Shown here: one piece after another, positions 27,064-35,771 of the stretch | How positions within the stretch are numbered: the first letter of the stretch is position 1 | Layout of the letters: every line of letters begins with the position of its first letter | Source: Desulfovibrio sp. OttesenSCG-928-A18 | GTDB taxonomy: Bacteria; Desulfobacterota; Desulfovibrionia; Desulfovibrionales; Desulfovibrionaceae | Length of the DNA: 56,281 nucleotides | Direction: 5' to 3' | Assembly (NCBI GenBank): GCA_030267245.1 | Contig: JAJDJN010000001.1 | Coordinates: 1 to 56,281 of the forward strand | Notes under the pieces: generated by a model | What the model was told of the DNA's origin: nothing | What the model saw: the letters and a program-made list of their open reading frames with translations, nothing else | Databases searched by the model: none | Program-made: the position numbers and the translations under genes

Positions 27064-27092
27064 AACATACGCGCGTCACGCGCGAAAGTCAA
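27064..27092 (-). promoter_or_regulatory. Promoter with an inverted repeat between -35 and -10
   Basis: TTGACT-ttCGCGCGtgaCGCGCG-TATGTT (17-nt spacer). Confidence 0.75.
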
Positions 27093-27254
27093 GCGGATTT
27101 TTATATTTTCCCAAATTATTTTTTATAAATATTTTAAGCATGTTATGCCCGCAAACCTTCCCCCCTCCCCATAATCTCCGCAAATGCGGTGAATCTTCTT
27201 GAAAATATAAAAAAAAGCTTGACATAATTAGGGCATAACCCCGCGAGGTGAATT

Positions 27255-27806
27255 ATGCCCCTTTCCTTCTCCGATATCTCCCATGCCGCCAAGCGGCTGT
27301 CCCTCCCCCCCTGTGCCGTGAAAGCGGTTGTCGATGTCGAATCGTCCGGCAGCGGCTTTCTTGCGGACGGGCGGCCCGTGATTCGTTTTGAAAAGCACAT
27401 TTTTCTGCGCGAATTGAAAAAACGCGGGGCTTCGGCTGATGCCATCGCCAGGGCCGGGGCTCTTTCCGGTGTGCGATGGGAGACCTTGAACGCGGCCATC
27501 GCCATCCATGAAGAAGCGGCCCTCGCCTCCGCCTCCTGGGGGCTGTTCCAGATTATGGGGTTCAATCATCGCTCCTGCGGCTTTGCCGATGTTCACGCCT
27601 TTGTGGCAGCCATGAAAGAGAGCGAAATAAGGCAGTTGGATGCCTTCTGTACGTTCATGATCAACGAAGGTCTGGTGCTGTTGCTCAAGGGACAGGATTG
27701 GACTGGATTCGCCCGGCGCTACAACGGGCCGGGATACGCGGAAAACAACTACGACAACAAGATCCGGCGAGCCTTCGAGCGCTGTTGCCGGGAGATGAGG
27801 CAGTGA
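27255..27806 (+). CDS. Endolysin, N-acetylmuramidase (DUF3380 type)
   Basis: AVVDVESSG, FEKHIF, SWGLFQIMGFN, FARRYNGPGY. Confidence 0.92.
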   Translation: MPLSFSDISHAAKRLSLPPCAVKAVVDVESSGSGFLADGRPVIRFEKHIFLRELKKRGASADAIARAGALSGVRWETLNAAIAIHEEAALASASWGLFQIMGFNHRSCGFADVHAFVAAMKESEIRQLDAFCTFMINEGLVLLLKGQDWTGFARRYNGPGYAENNYDNKIRRAFERCCREMRQ

Positions 27807-28306
27807 ACACAAAACTCGTCGCCGTCATTTGGGGGATCGCCCTGTGCTCCACCATGCTCATTGGCGGATATGTCGCTTACCGCTGGTATGTCCCGCCGCT
27901 TGAGATCCGGGTGGCCGAACTTGAGGCGCTGCGCGTTGCGGACCAACTTGCGCAGGCAAGGCAAACCGTAAGCATCATGGCCGCGGATGCGGCTGCTATG
28001 GACAAGGCCCTTGCGGCCAGGGAGGAAGTACGTGCCGATCTTTACAGGGCCGCGCACGAGGCGGCCGAGGCCATGCGCGCTGTGCAGGACGATGCAGGCT
28101 TTGACGCTGCTCTGCCTGCCGGCGTTACTGATCTTTTGTGCCGGCTGTACAGCCAGGTGTCCAGAAGCGGCGACTGTGCCGGTGGCGCATGTGATTCTTC
28201 CGCCAGCGGCGCTGATGGTCCACAAGCCACTGCCAGAGCCCCCCAGGGCGATGACAACGCGCACACTGGCGGACTGGACGGCGCGGCTGCTGGTCTGGGG
28301 CGGTGA
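27803..28306 (+). CDS. Rz-like inner-membrane spanin
   Basis: N-terminal TM helix plus coiled coil, following the endolysin. Confidence 0.7.
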   Translation: MNTKLVAVIWGIALCSTMLIGGYVAYRWYVPPLEIRVAELEALRVADQLAQARQTVSIMAADAAAMDKALAAREEVRADLYRAAHEAAEAMRAVQDDAGFDAALPAGVTDLLCRLYSQVSRSGDCAGGACDSSASGADGPQATARAPQGDDNAHTGGLDGAAAGLGR

Positions 28307-28409
28307 AGTCAACGCGGACCGGGCGGCCTTGAGGGTGTGGGTGAAGGAAGTTGAGGAATCAGGGGTCGCTATCGAGAGAACGGTTTGGACTGGCCACAAG
28401 ACGAAGTGA
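28092..28409 (+). CDS. Rz1-like lipoprotein spanin
   Basis: Lipobox-like LLIFCAGC; Pro-rich; overlaps Rz in another frame. Confidence 0.7.
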   Translation: MQALTLLCLPALLIFCAGCTARCPEAATVPVAHVILPPAALMVHKPLPEPPRAMTTRTLADWTARLLVWGGEVNADRAALRVWVKEVEESGVAIERTVWTGHKTK

Positions 28410-28425
28410 AAAAGGCTGCGTACCC

Positions 28426-28659
28426 ATGAGCTTAGATATCAATCCCCCCATTCCGGCACAGAGGAAAAAGCTGGACATAAGGACCGGGAGCAATATTCCG
28501 AGCAGCAGCCCTGCGGGGAAGGCAAGCAACAGCCTGAATATAAAGGCAAGCCCCCGGGGTTTATCGGTACGGATTGACTCCGATGACGGGAATTTGATTG
28601 TGGCCATAGTAGCAATCCTCGCTGGTGCGACTGTCGTTATAGCGTTCATTTTAACATAG
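28426..28659 (+). CDS. Small protein with C-terminal TM helix
   Basis: LIVAIVAILAGATVVIAFILT. Confidence 0.5.
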   Translation: MSLDINPPIPAQRKKLDIRTGSNIPSSSPAGKASNSLNIKASPRGLSVRIDSDDGNLIVAIVAILAGATVVIAFILT

Positions 28660-28713
28660 TCACCTACGGTTGCAAAGGGAACAAGGGGATAAAGCCATGG
28701 GGAAAGAAAAGTG

Positions 28714-29046
28714 ATGGACAGTGCAACAGAGATTTTGGACCGCATTCTCGCCTGGCTCCTGCTCCCCGCAACTCTGTACGGCGCAGGCGGGGCACTGATG
28801 CATGCCGGGCGCAAAAAACAGCCGGTACGCAAGACAATCGTAGAACTCACCGGCGGGGCGATTACGGCCAACATGGTCTGCCCGCTGGTGCAGCACTATA
28901 CCCCGGAGCAAATGCATTACACCCTCTTCTTCCTCGTCGGCTGGGGCGGCCTGGAACTGGTTGGGCGACTGTATGAGGCTATCGCCGCTGCCCTGGAAGC
29001 GCGTATCCGGCGCAGGCTGGGGGAAGGCGAGGGGCGGGAAAATTAG
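28714..29046 (+). CDS. Putative holin
   Basis: About three hydrophobic segments and a charged C-terminus, in the lysis module. Confidence 0.6.
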   Translation: MDSATEILDRILAWLLLPATLYGAGGALMHAGRKKQPVRKTIVELTGGAITANMVCPLVQHYTPEQMHYTLFFLVGWGGLELVGRLYEAIAAALEARIRRRLGEGEGREN

Positions 29047-29058
29047 AAGGTATTTTAA

Positions 29059-29286
29059 GTCACACGGCGGCGTTCCCCCCGGCCGCCTATCGGCCCATGC
29101 CAGGGCGTAAAGGATAAACGGGCGCGGTTACACACACAGGCAAAGGTTCCCGGTGACGACTGCCGGTTACGCCCTACGGGGATGTGGACAGGTCGGAAGA
29201 TGCTCCGCAGGCCCGATATATCGTGTGACGTATGGCGAATGGCAACTGAGACAGGTTGCCGGGTTTGATGCCTCTTTCGGGGGGCT
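29059..29286. ncRNA. Nested multi-stem non-coding structure
   Basis: GTCACACG/CGTGTGAC, TATCGG/CCGATA and AGGGCGTAA/TTACGCCCT are nested; two further hairpins follow. Confidence 0.5.
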
Positions 29287-29334
29287 TGTGGTGTGAGGGG
29301 AGCGAATAGAGAGCAATAAAACGGGATTATAAAA

Positions 29335-29922
29335 ATGTTAAAAATTGTATCCTGGAAAATAAATAAAATTATCCCATATGGGAAAAATCCGCGCATACAC
29401 GACACATCTGTTGAGCGAATGGCGGAAACTATAAATGCATTCGGGTTTCAGGTTCCGGTCTTGCTTAAAAAAGACGGCAATTTGATTGATGGCCACTTGC
29501 GTCTAAAGGCAGCACAACTCCTGGGCATGAAGGAAGTTCCGGCCATTGAAGTTGATGGCCTTTCTGAACCTCAGATACAGGCATTACGTATCGCCGCAAA
29601 CAAAAGTTCAACATTTGCGCAATGGGACTTCAATCTCTTGGCTGACGAAATGGAAGCGCTCAAGCTGGAAGAGATAGACTTGGCCATTACCGGATTTGAT
29701 CCAGCCGAATTATCCGAAGTCTTTCGCATAACGCAAGAGATGCCGGGGGGTGGGGCAGAATCCAGCATTGGACGCATAGCCAGGAATGGCCCCTCTGTGC
29801 GCGTAGTTCTCCCGGTGGAAATATTAAAGATATTTGAAGAAACCCTTGCCGCTACTGGAGAAATGAATCGGGCGGAAGCCGTGAAAAAAATATGCGAGGC
29901 GTACCGTGGGAAAAAAGGATAA
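29335..29922 (+). CDS. ParB/Srx N-terminal domain protein
   Basis: IPYGKNPR...FGFQVPV...IDGHLRLKAA...RIAANK. Confidence 0.88.
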   Translation: MLKIVSWKINKIIPYGKNPRIHDTSVERMAETINAFGFQVPVLLKKDGNLIDGHLRLKAAQLLGMKEVPAIEVDGLSEPQIQALRIAANKSSTFAQWDFNLLADEMEALKLEEIDLAITGFDPAELSEVFRITQEMPGGGAESSIGRIARNGPSVRVVLPVEILKIFEETLAATGEMNRAEAVKKICEAYRGKKG

Positions 29923-30520
29923 CGGATCGCGCGCGCTCAAGACATATGTCAGACAGGAACTTATGAGGAAGATCCAGCCGGTAGCCATTCTCGAGACTCA
30001 TGGGGGAAGCGGGGCCATGTATAACGACTGTTATCGCGGTATACCCGGTACGGTCTTGGAGAAGAACCAGGACAAGGCGAGCGCTTTGGCTGAACAGCGT
30101 CCAGAGTGGGCGGTTTATGAAGGTGACTCAGAAAAGATAATCGCTGCCGGAGTCGGATTTCATATCCCCATAAATTTCGTGGACATTGATCCCTATGGCG
30201 ATCCATGGCCGGTTGTGGACGCCGTTTTTTCTCAGGCGGAAAAGATGCCGGATAAGTGGGGCCTTGTGGTCAATGACGGACTTAAACATTTCTTGATGTT
30301 GGGTGGTGCCTGGAAGGTAAAACGACTGGCAAAATTTGTCGAACGCTACGGCAACAAGGGCGTGGTGGAAGCGTATTGGGATATCTGCCGGGAGATAATC
30401 GAAGGAAAAGCCCATGCTTGCGGCATGGGCTTGGAGTGGTGGCGGACATGGTCCGGAGGACATGGGGGGCAGATGACCCACTATGCTGCGGTCATTTCGC
30501 GGCCAGAAGATCTTTCTTGA
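29906..30520 (+). CDS. SAM-dependent methyltransferase-like protein (Trm1-like DxDPYG)
   Basis: ILETHGGSG motif I; FVDIDPYGDP. Confidence 0.65.
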   Translation: MGKKDNGSRALKTYVRQELMRKIQPVAILETHGGSGAMYNDCYRGIPGTVLEKNQDKASALAEQRPEWAVYEGDSEKIIAAGVGFHIPINFVDIDPYGDPWPVVDAVFSQAEKMPDKWGLVVNDGLKHFLMLGGAWKVKRLAKFVERYGNKGVVEAYWDICREIIEGKAHACGMGLEWWRTWSGGHGGQMTHYAAVISRPEDLS

Positions 30521-31223
30521 TGATATACGGCTTGCCGATTTTATCCAACAAGGTAGTGATGCTTTCGCGGAAGGCGGGCCAGTCAATGGTTTTGGAGTGC
30601 GCATGGTAGTTCAACTTGCCAACCTTAAACAGATCCACAAACGGGTAGATCTGCTCAACCAGGCGCAAGGCAGCGTCTGGGTTGATGACCGGCTCAAAGC
30701 TGACCCAAGTCTTTATCCCGGCTTCGTGCGCTTTTTTAAGGCTGTCGATGCGTTCACAAGGCTTGCCGGCCTGCGGCTCCCACTCGGCGGACTCGACTTC
30801 GCTGTCGGAGGTAAGAGTAACCGCAAAGGCTGCACCTGGGATGGTGGACAGGATGTCAAAGTCCCGCTGGGCCAGGACGCCCGCCTTGGTGAGAATGGTC
30901 GGGCGCAGGCTGTTGGCCTTCAAAATCTCCAGAGCTTTGCGGGTAATGCCATGCTTTTCCTCGCAGGGTTGGTAGGGATCGCTTGTGAAGCTCAGCAAAA
31001 TTTCGCGTTGATCGCCGGAAAATTTTTGCGCGTCTTTTTCAAGTTCGCCAAGAATTCCGGGCCGTGGGCGAATGTAGCTTTTTTGGCTGAATTTGGCCCT
31101 TTCGGTAAATGTAGCGCTGGGAGCGAAGCAATAAGCGCAGGCGTGGGCGCAGCCCTTGTAAAGATTTAGGGCTAAAGGGCTGTACTCGAAAGCTTTTCCA
31201 CGAGGCTCGTAAATGGCTGGCAT
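30492..31223 (-). CDS. Radical SAM protein (SPL/Rv2578c-like)
   Basis: GCAHACAYCFA (CxxxCxxC), TSDPYQ, ILTK, SFEPV. Confidence 0.88.
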   Translation of the reverse strand: MPAIYEPRGKAFEYSPLALNLYKGCAHACAYCFAPSATFTERAKFSQKSYIRPRPGILGELEKDAQKFSGDQREILLSFTSDPYQPCEEKHGITRKALEILKANSLRPTILTKAGVLAQRDFDILSTIPGAAFAVTLTSDSEVESAEWEPQAGKPCERIDSLKKAHEAGIKTWVSFEPVINPDAALRLVEQIYPFVDLFKVGKLNYHAHSKTIDWPAFRESITTLLDKIGKPYIIKKDLLAAK

Positions 31224-31358
31224 GAAGGACTCCTTTGTTGGAATGGTGGCTGTTTGGATATTTTATCTCATAAAATCATGGTGTTGTCAAATTATTCAAC
31301 AATAACAGATACATAATAATAAAATATATTTTTTTATGAATAAATTTATGGGGTTATT

Positions 31359-31784
31359 ATGGGAGAAAAAAATACAACGGATAAAAAAAGGCATAGAGGG
31401 CGGCCAAGGATTGAACGAGATGAAAAAAAAGCGTCCGAAGTGATGGCTATGAGCCAATATGGGCTACCGCAAGAGTCTATGGCAGCCTATTTGGGCATGT
31501 CGGTAGAAACGCTCGTGGGCCTATATCGAGAAGAAATAGACAAAGGCAGGGCAGTTGCAAATCTGATGGTAGGCAAAACCTTGTTCAGTAAGGCCGTTGC
31601 TGGAGACATAACTGCCGCTATTTTTTGGGCAAAGACACAAATGGGGTGGAGGGAGACCTGCAAAATAGATCATGCGAGTTCTGATGGAAGTATGAGCCCG
31701 ATTACGCCTATCGATCTGACTAAATTGACCCCTATAGAGACTATCGCGCTGGCAAAAATCGTATTTGGTAAGGATAAAAAATGA
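31359..31784 (+). CDS. terS: Terminase small subunit
   Basis: HTH plus LFSKAVAGDITAAIFWAKTQMGWRE; directly upstream of terL. Confidence 0.75.
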   Translation: MGEKNTTDKKRHRGRPRIERDEKKASEVMAMSQYGLPQESMAAYLGMSVETLVGLYREEIDKGRAVANLMVGKTLFSKAVAGDITAAIFWAKTQMGWRETCKIDHASSDGSMSPITPIDLTKLTPIETIALAKIVFGKDKK

Positions 31785-33265
31785 ATCTCGCGTCACACAT
31801 GCACAATCTTCCCCCGATTGGGGTTATGGCCGAAGCCTATCGGCTGCATGTTGCACGAAATTCCATGTATGGCTTTGTATTGCATACTATGCCTGACTAT
31901 AAAATGGGGTGGGCCCATGAAGATATCTGCTGTGAACTTGAATTATTCCTTGCGGCCGTGAGTCGGCGGGAGTCGCCCCGCCTGATGATCTCCATGCCTC
32001 CAAGACACGGGAAAAGCGAGTTAGCGACAAGACGTTTCCCGGCCTATGTTTTCGGGAATAATCCCGATGCGACCATAATCAGCACCTCATATAGCGCAGA
32101 TCTCTCCAGCCGTATGAACCGGGATGTACAGCGAATCATGGACGATGAGTTGTATAGGGGGCTTTTCCCCCAAGTACGCTTGGCGAACAAGAATATACGG
32201 GGAACAAGCAGGGGCGGATATCTGCGCAACTCAGAATTTTTTGAAATAATTGACCACGAAGGCAATTATCGCAGTGCCGGCGTGGGAGGCGGCATCACAG
32301 GTATGGGTGGGGATATCCTGATTATAGATGACCCAATCAAGGATCGGGCTGAAGCGGACAGCCCCACAATCAGAGAAAAGGTCTGGGATTGGTACACGTC
32401 CACACTGTATACCCGCCTGGCCCCAGGAGGAGGAATCCTGCTGATCCAGACCCGCTGGCATATGGACGATCTTGCCGGGAGACTGCTGGAGGCGGAAAGA
32501 AGTGGCGAGGGTGATGTCTGGCGTTGCATAAACTATCCAGCCATTGCCGAGAGAGACGAGATCCATCGTGGAATCGGAGAGGCCCTGCATCCTGAAAGAT
32601 ACCCACTTTCTCAGTTGCAGGCCATCAAGGCAGCCCTTGGCTCCAGGGATTGGGCGGCTCTGTACCAACAAAGGCCTGCGCCAGACGGCGGGGCGATCTT
32701 TCGTAAAGAGTGGGTGCGTTACTGGCTGCCGACCGGACTGCCCGCACGTTTCGACAAGATGCTCTTGTCCTGGGACATGACCTTCAAAGGGAATGAAGAC
32801 TCGGACTTTGTGACCGGGCAGGCATGGGGAAAGAAGGGGGCAGACTTGTACCTACTGGATCAAATTCGGAGGCGTATGGGCTTTACGGCCACTCTTCAGG
32901 CGTTCCGCGAGCTAGCGGTGAAATGGCCACAGGCCACGGAGAAGCTGGTGGAAGATGCGGCTAACGGGCCGGCGGTCATCGATAGCTTGCGGCATGTGGT
33001 GCCTGGCATCATTCCGATAACCCCGGACGGTAGCAAGTCCGCCCGCGCCCATGCGGTGACCCCCCTATTTGAATCTGGGAACGTGTATATCCCGCACCCT
33101 CAAGTGGCATCATGGGTGCCGGATTTCGAGGCCGAATTGCTTCAGTTTCCGGCTGCGGCCCATGATGACCAAGTGGACGCGGCCACCCAGGCAATACGCA
33201 GGTTATCTTCCCGGCCGGGACTGCGTGTGCATCCGGCAAACAGACAGCGCGGGATTCGGAGATGA
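31781..33265 (+). CDS. terL: Terminase large subunit
   Basis: MPPRHGKS, IIDDPIK, TRWH, YQQRP, HDDQVDA. Confidence 0.95.
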   Translation: MNLASHMHNLPPIGVMAEAYRLHVARNSMYGFVLHTMPDYKMGWAHEDICCELELFLAAVSRRESPRLMISMPPRHGKSELATRRFPAYVFGNNPDATIISTSYSADLSSRMNRDVQRIMDDELYRGLFPQVRLANKNIRGTSRGGYLRNSEFFEIIDHEGNYRSAGVGGGITGMGGDILIIDDPIKDRAEADSPTIREKVWDWYTSTLYTRLAPGGGILLIQTRWHMDDLAGRLLEAERSGEGDVWRCINYPAIAERDEIHRGIGEALHPERYPLSQLQAIKAALGSRDWAALYQQRPAPDGGAIFRKEWVRYWLPTGLPARFDKMLLSWDMTFKGNEDSDFVTGQAWGKKGADLYLLDQIRRRMGFTATLQAFRELAVKWPQATEKLVEDAANGPAVIDSLRHVVPGIIPITPDGSKSARAHAVTPLFESGNVYIPHPQVASWVPDFEAELLQFPAAAHDDQVDAATQAIRRLSSRPGLRVHPANRQRGIRR

Positions 33266-34878
33266 GGAAGAAAAGAAAAAACACCACCGGGAGAAGCGCG
33301 AGGAAAGAGGTGGGTCATGGTGCCGTCATGCAAGTAAGGCATATAGCGGACAACTTAGGTTACTTGCCTACTGGGCGGGAAATACCCACTCCGGCCCAAA
33401 TCCGGGAACAATACGGCCCGCCAAAGAGTTTGGGGCTGCCGGCAAGCGAGGCCGAAAATCTGAGTTTGGCAATGGATTCAGCCCTTGAGGGTTGCGGTTT
33501 TTATTCATTGATCCAGCATGCATTTGAAATGGGCCAAGGTTTGGGGGGCGGTTCCTTTCTCGGTTACGGGACATTGTCCAGGTTGTGTCAGAATGGCTTG
33601 GTTTCGGCCTGTGTTGAAACCGTTGCAGATGACATGACTCGGGAATGGATAGACTTATCGAGTGATAGCAAGGACGGAGATGCAGGCAATGACGATATCT
33701 TGATCAGTGTAAAAGGTGCGATCAAGAAATTTAAACTGCGTGATGTGTTTCATCGCGCAGTGTCGTTGACGCAGTATTTTGGTGGATGCCTGATATTTAT
33801 CGACACAGGGGTAAATGATCCCGAAATGCTGAAAAAGCCTTTGGATATCAGTAATAAATCAGGGGAACTGGGGCCGGGAAGGCTTCGCGGATTCACCGTT
33901 ATCGAGCCGGTGAATGTCTCCCCAGGGCATTTCAACAGTACCAATCCTCTGTCCAGAGAATATTTTGAGCCTGGTTCATGGTGGGTGCTCGGACGAGAAA
34001 TACATGCCAGTCGCTTTATCAAGATCAGCACTGGGGATGTGCCGATTTTACTACGGCCATCTTATAATTTTTTTGGCGTCCCTCACGCCCAGATTCTTTG
34101 GGATTATGTGATGCATTTTCAAGAATGCCGAACGGCCTCGCAAAGAATGTTGACCAAATTCAGCGACATGGTTTTCAAGACTGACATTTGGAATACCATC
34201 GCTCAGCCTGGGGGGGCGGCGGAAATAGACAAGCGTATCGGGCTTATGGCCCGAAACCGCAGCAATGACGGCATAGCGGTCATCGACCGGGAAAACGAGG
34301 ATATTGTAAAGCTGGAAACGCCCCTAGGAGGGGTAACCGATATTGTGAGGCAGAGCCTGGAAATGATTGCGGCGATCAACCGCACACCGGCGGTGAAGCT
34401 GTTGGCCATATCTCCGGCGGGGTTCAACGCCACGGGCGAGAGCGATATCCGCAATTATTATGATCACATCGCCAGTCAGCAAGAGAAGATGCTGTACAGC
34501 GGTGTTGCCCGCGCTCTGGATTGCGTGCAATTGCATGTAGTCGGGAAAATAGAACCAGGATTCGGGTTTAATTTCCGGGAGTTGGGGGGAGAAGATCGAC
34601 AGATTGAAAGCGGCATCCGTAAGGCTAACACCGATACGTTGGCGGCCCTGGTCATGGCTGAAATTGTCACCGCCTCCGGGGCGCAGGCCACGGTGGAAGC
34701 TAATCCGGATGAATATCTGGTGGGACTAGTGGACGGTATAAAGGTTGATCGGGAAGAAATGGAGGCCGGAGCGGAAGTAGGTTTTGAAGATGATGATGAT
34801 GATGAAAGTCCTGAAAATATGAGTGCGATGAAAGAAGCACAAAAAACAGCACCCGTAGGGCTTGGGCGTACCTTATGA
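33262..34878 (+). CDS. Portal protein (DUF1073 type)
   Basis: Position after terL; ADDMTREW, IHASR, KLLAISPAGFNATGESDIRNYYD. Confidence 0.88.
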   Translation: MRKKRKNTTGRSARKEVGHGAVMQVRHIADNLGYLPTGREIPTPAQIREQYGPPKSLGLPASEAENLSLAMDSALEGCGFYSLIQHAFEMGQGLGGGSFLGYGTLSRLCQNGLVSACVETVADDMTREWIDLSSDSKDGDAGNDDILISVKGAIKKFKLRDVFHRAVSLTQYFGGCLIFIDTGVNDPEMLKKPLDISNKSGELGPGRLRGFTVIEPVNVSPGHFNSTNPLSREYFEPGSWWVLGREIHASRFIKISTGDVPILLRPSYNFFGVPHAQILWDYVMHFQECRTASQRMLTKFSDMVFKTDIWNTIAQPGGAAEIDKRIGLMARNRSNDGIAVIDRENEDIVKLETPLGGVTDIVRQSLEMIAAINRTPAVKLLAISPAGFNATGESDIRNYYDHIASQQEKMLYSGVARALDCVQLHVVGKIEPGFGFNFRELGGEDRQIESGIRKANTDTLAALVMAEIVTASGAQATVEANPDEYLVGLVDGIKVDREEMEAGAEVGFEDDDDDESPENMSAMKEAQKTAPVGLGRTL

Positions 34879-35771
34879 GGGGGCCGACAGTTCGCCCTTC
34901 CGACGCTCTGAGGCGACAGTATCAGGCCTATTTGCTCGGGCCTGTAAGGCGCATGAATGCCGAATTGTTACGAGAAATATCGCAGGTTTATAGCGAACGT
35001 GAAGAAGAATTTTTGCCTAGGGAAATGGCGGCGGACAGGTCCGCTTCTTCGGAAATGGAGAGAGTGTTGTCTAGCTTCTTCAGTCGTTGGCAGAAGCGCT
35101 TTGATCGCATGGCCCGACGCTATGCCGACTGGTTTGCGGAACAGACCGAAAAGGTTGCTTCACGACAAATAAGAGGCATGCTCAAAGAAATAGGCTTTAC
35201 TGTCGAGTTCAAGCATTCGCATTATGTGAACAATATTTTGCAGGCGGCCATCCATGAAAATGTCGGGTTGATAAGATCCATTCCCGAGCAGATGCATGAC
35301 AAGGTGCGAGGCATCGTTATGCGAGGAGTGCAAGCCGGTAATGACCAGCATTACATCGCCACTGAATTGCGTAAACAGTTTGGGATTACAGAACGTAGGG
35401 CGCGTTTTATTGCCCGAGATCAGACGCAGAAGGCGAATAATGCAGTTTCTCTTGCTCGTAGCGCTGAAGCCGGGATTGAGTACGGTTTCTGGATGCATCG
35501 CAGTGGAAGTAAAAAGCCACGAACGACACACCTGGGCACACAGATGAACGGAGTACGCTTCAAGCTATCAGATGGCTTGTATGATCCGGATCCCAGAGTA
35601 CGGCGCAAGGTTAAGCCAGGGGAACTGCCGGGGTGCCTATGTGGCTATAAACCGGATCTGTCCAGTTTTAAACCGCAGACGGCGGCGGACAGTGCGATGA
35701 TCAGGCCGCTAAAAGTAAAGTACGAGCAGATATTGGAGCGCATAACATGCGATAGGAGGCGGGCGGTATGA
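34875..35771 (+). CDS. Head morphogenesis protein (SPP1 gp7/MuF-like)
   Basis: ENVGLIRSIP, RARFIARDQ, PGELPGCLC. Confidence 0.85.
   Translation: MRGPTVRPSDALRRQYQAYLLGPVRRMNAELLREISQVYSEREEEFLPREMAADRSASSEMERVLSSFFSRWQKRFDRMARRYADWFAEQTEKVASRQIRGMLKEIGFTVEFKHSHYVNNILQAAIHENVGLIRSIPEQMHDKVRGIVMRGVQAGNDQHYIATELRKQFGITERRARFIARDQTQKANNAVSLARSAEAGIEYGFWMHRSGSKKPRTTHLGTQMNGVRFKLSDGLYDPDPRVRRKVKPGELPGCLCGYKPDLSSFKPQTAADSAMIRPLKVKYEQILERITCDRRRAV

Noticed and set aside
29059-29250. HDV-like ribozyme suggested by GGCGAATGG
   Set aside because: I could not build the P1/P3/P1.1 nested pseudoknot.
33262-34878. DUF1073 protein as anti-CBASS Acb1
   Set aside because: Size and position after terL indicate a portal; no HxT phosphoesterase motif pair was recognised.
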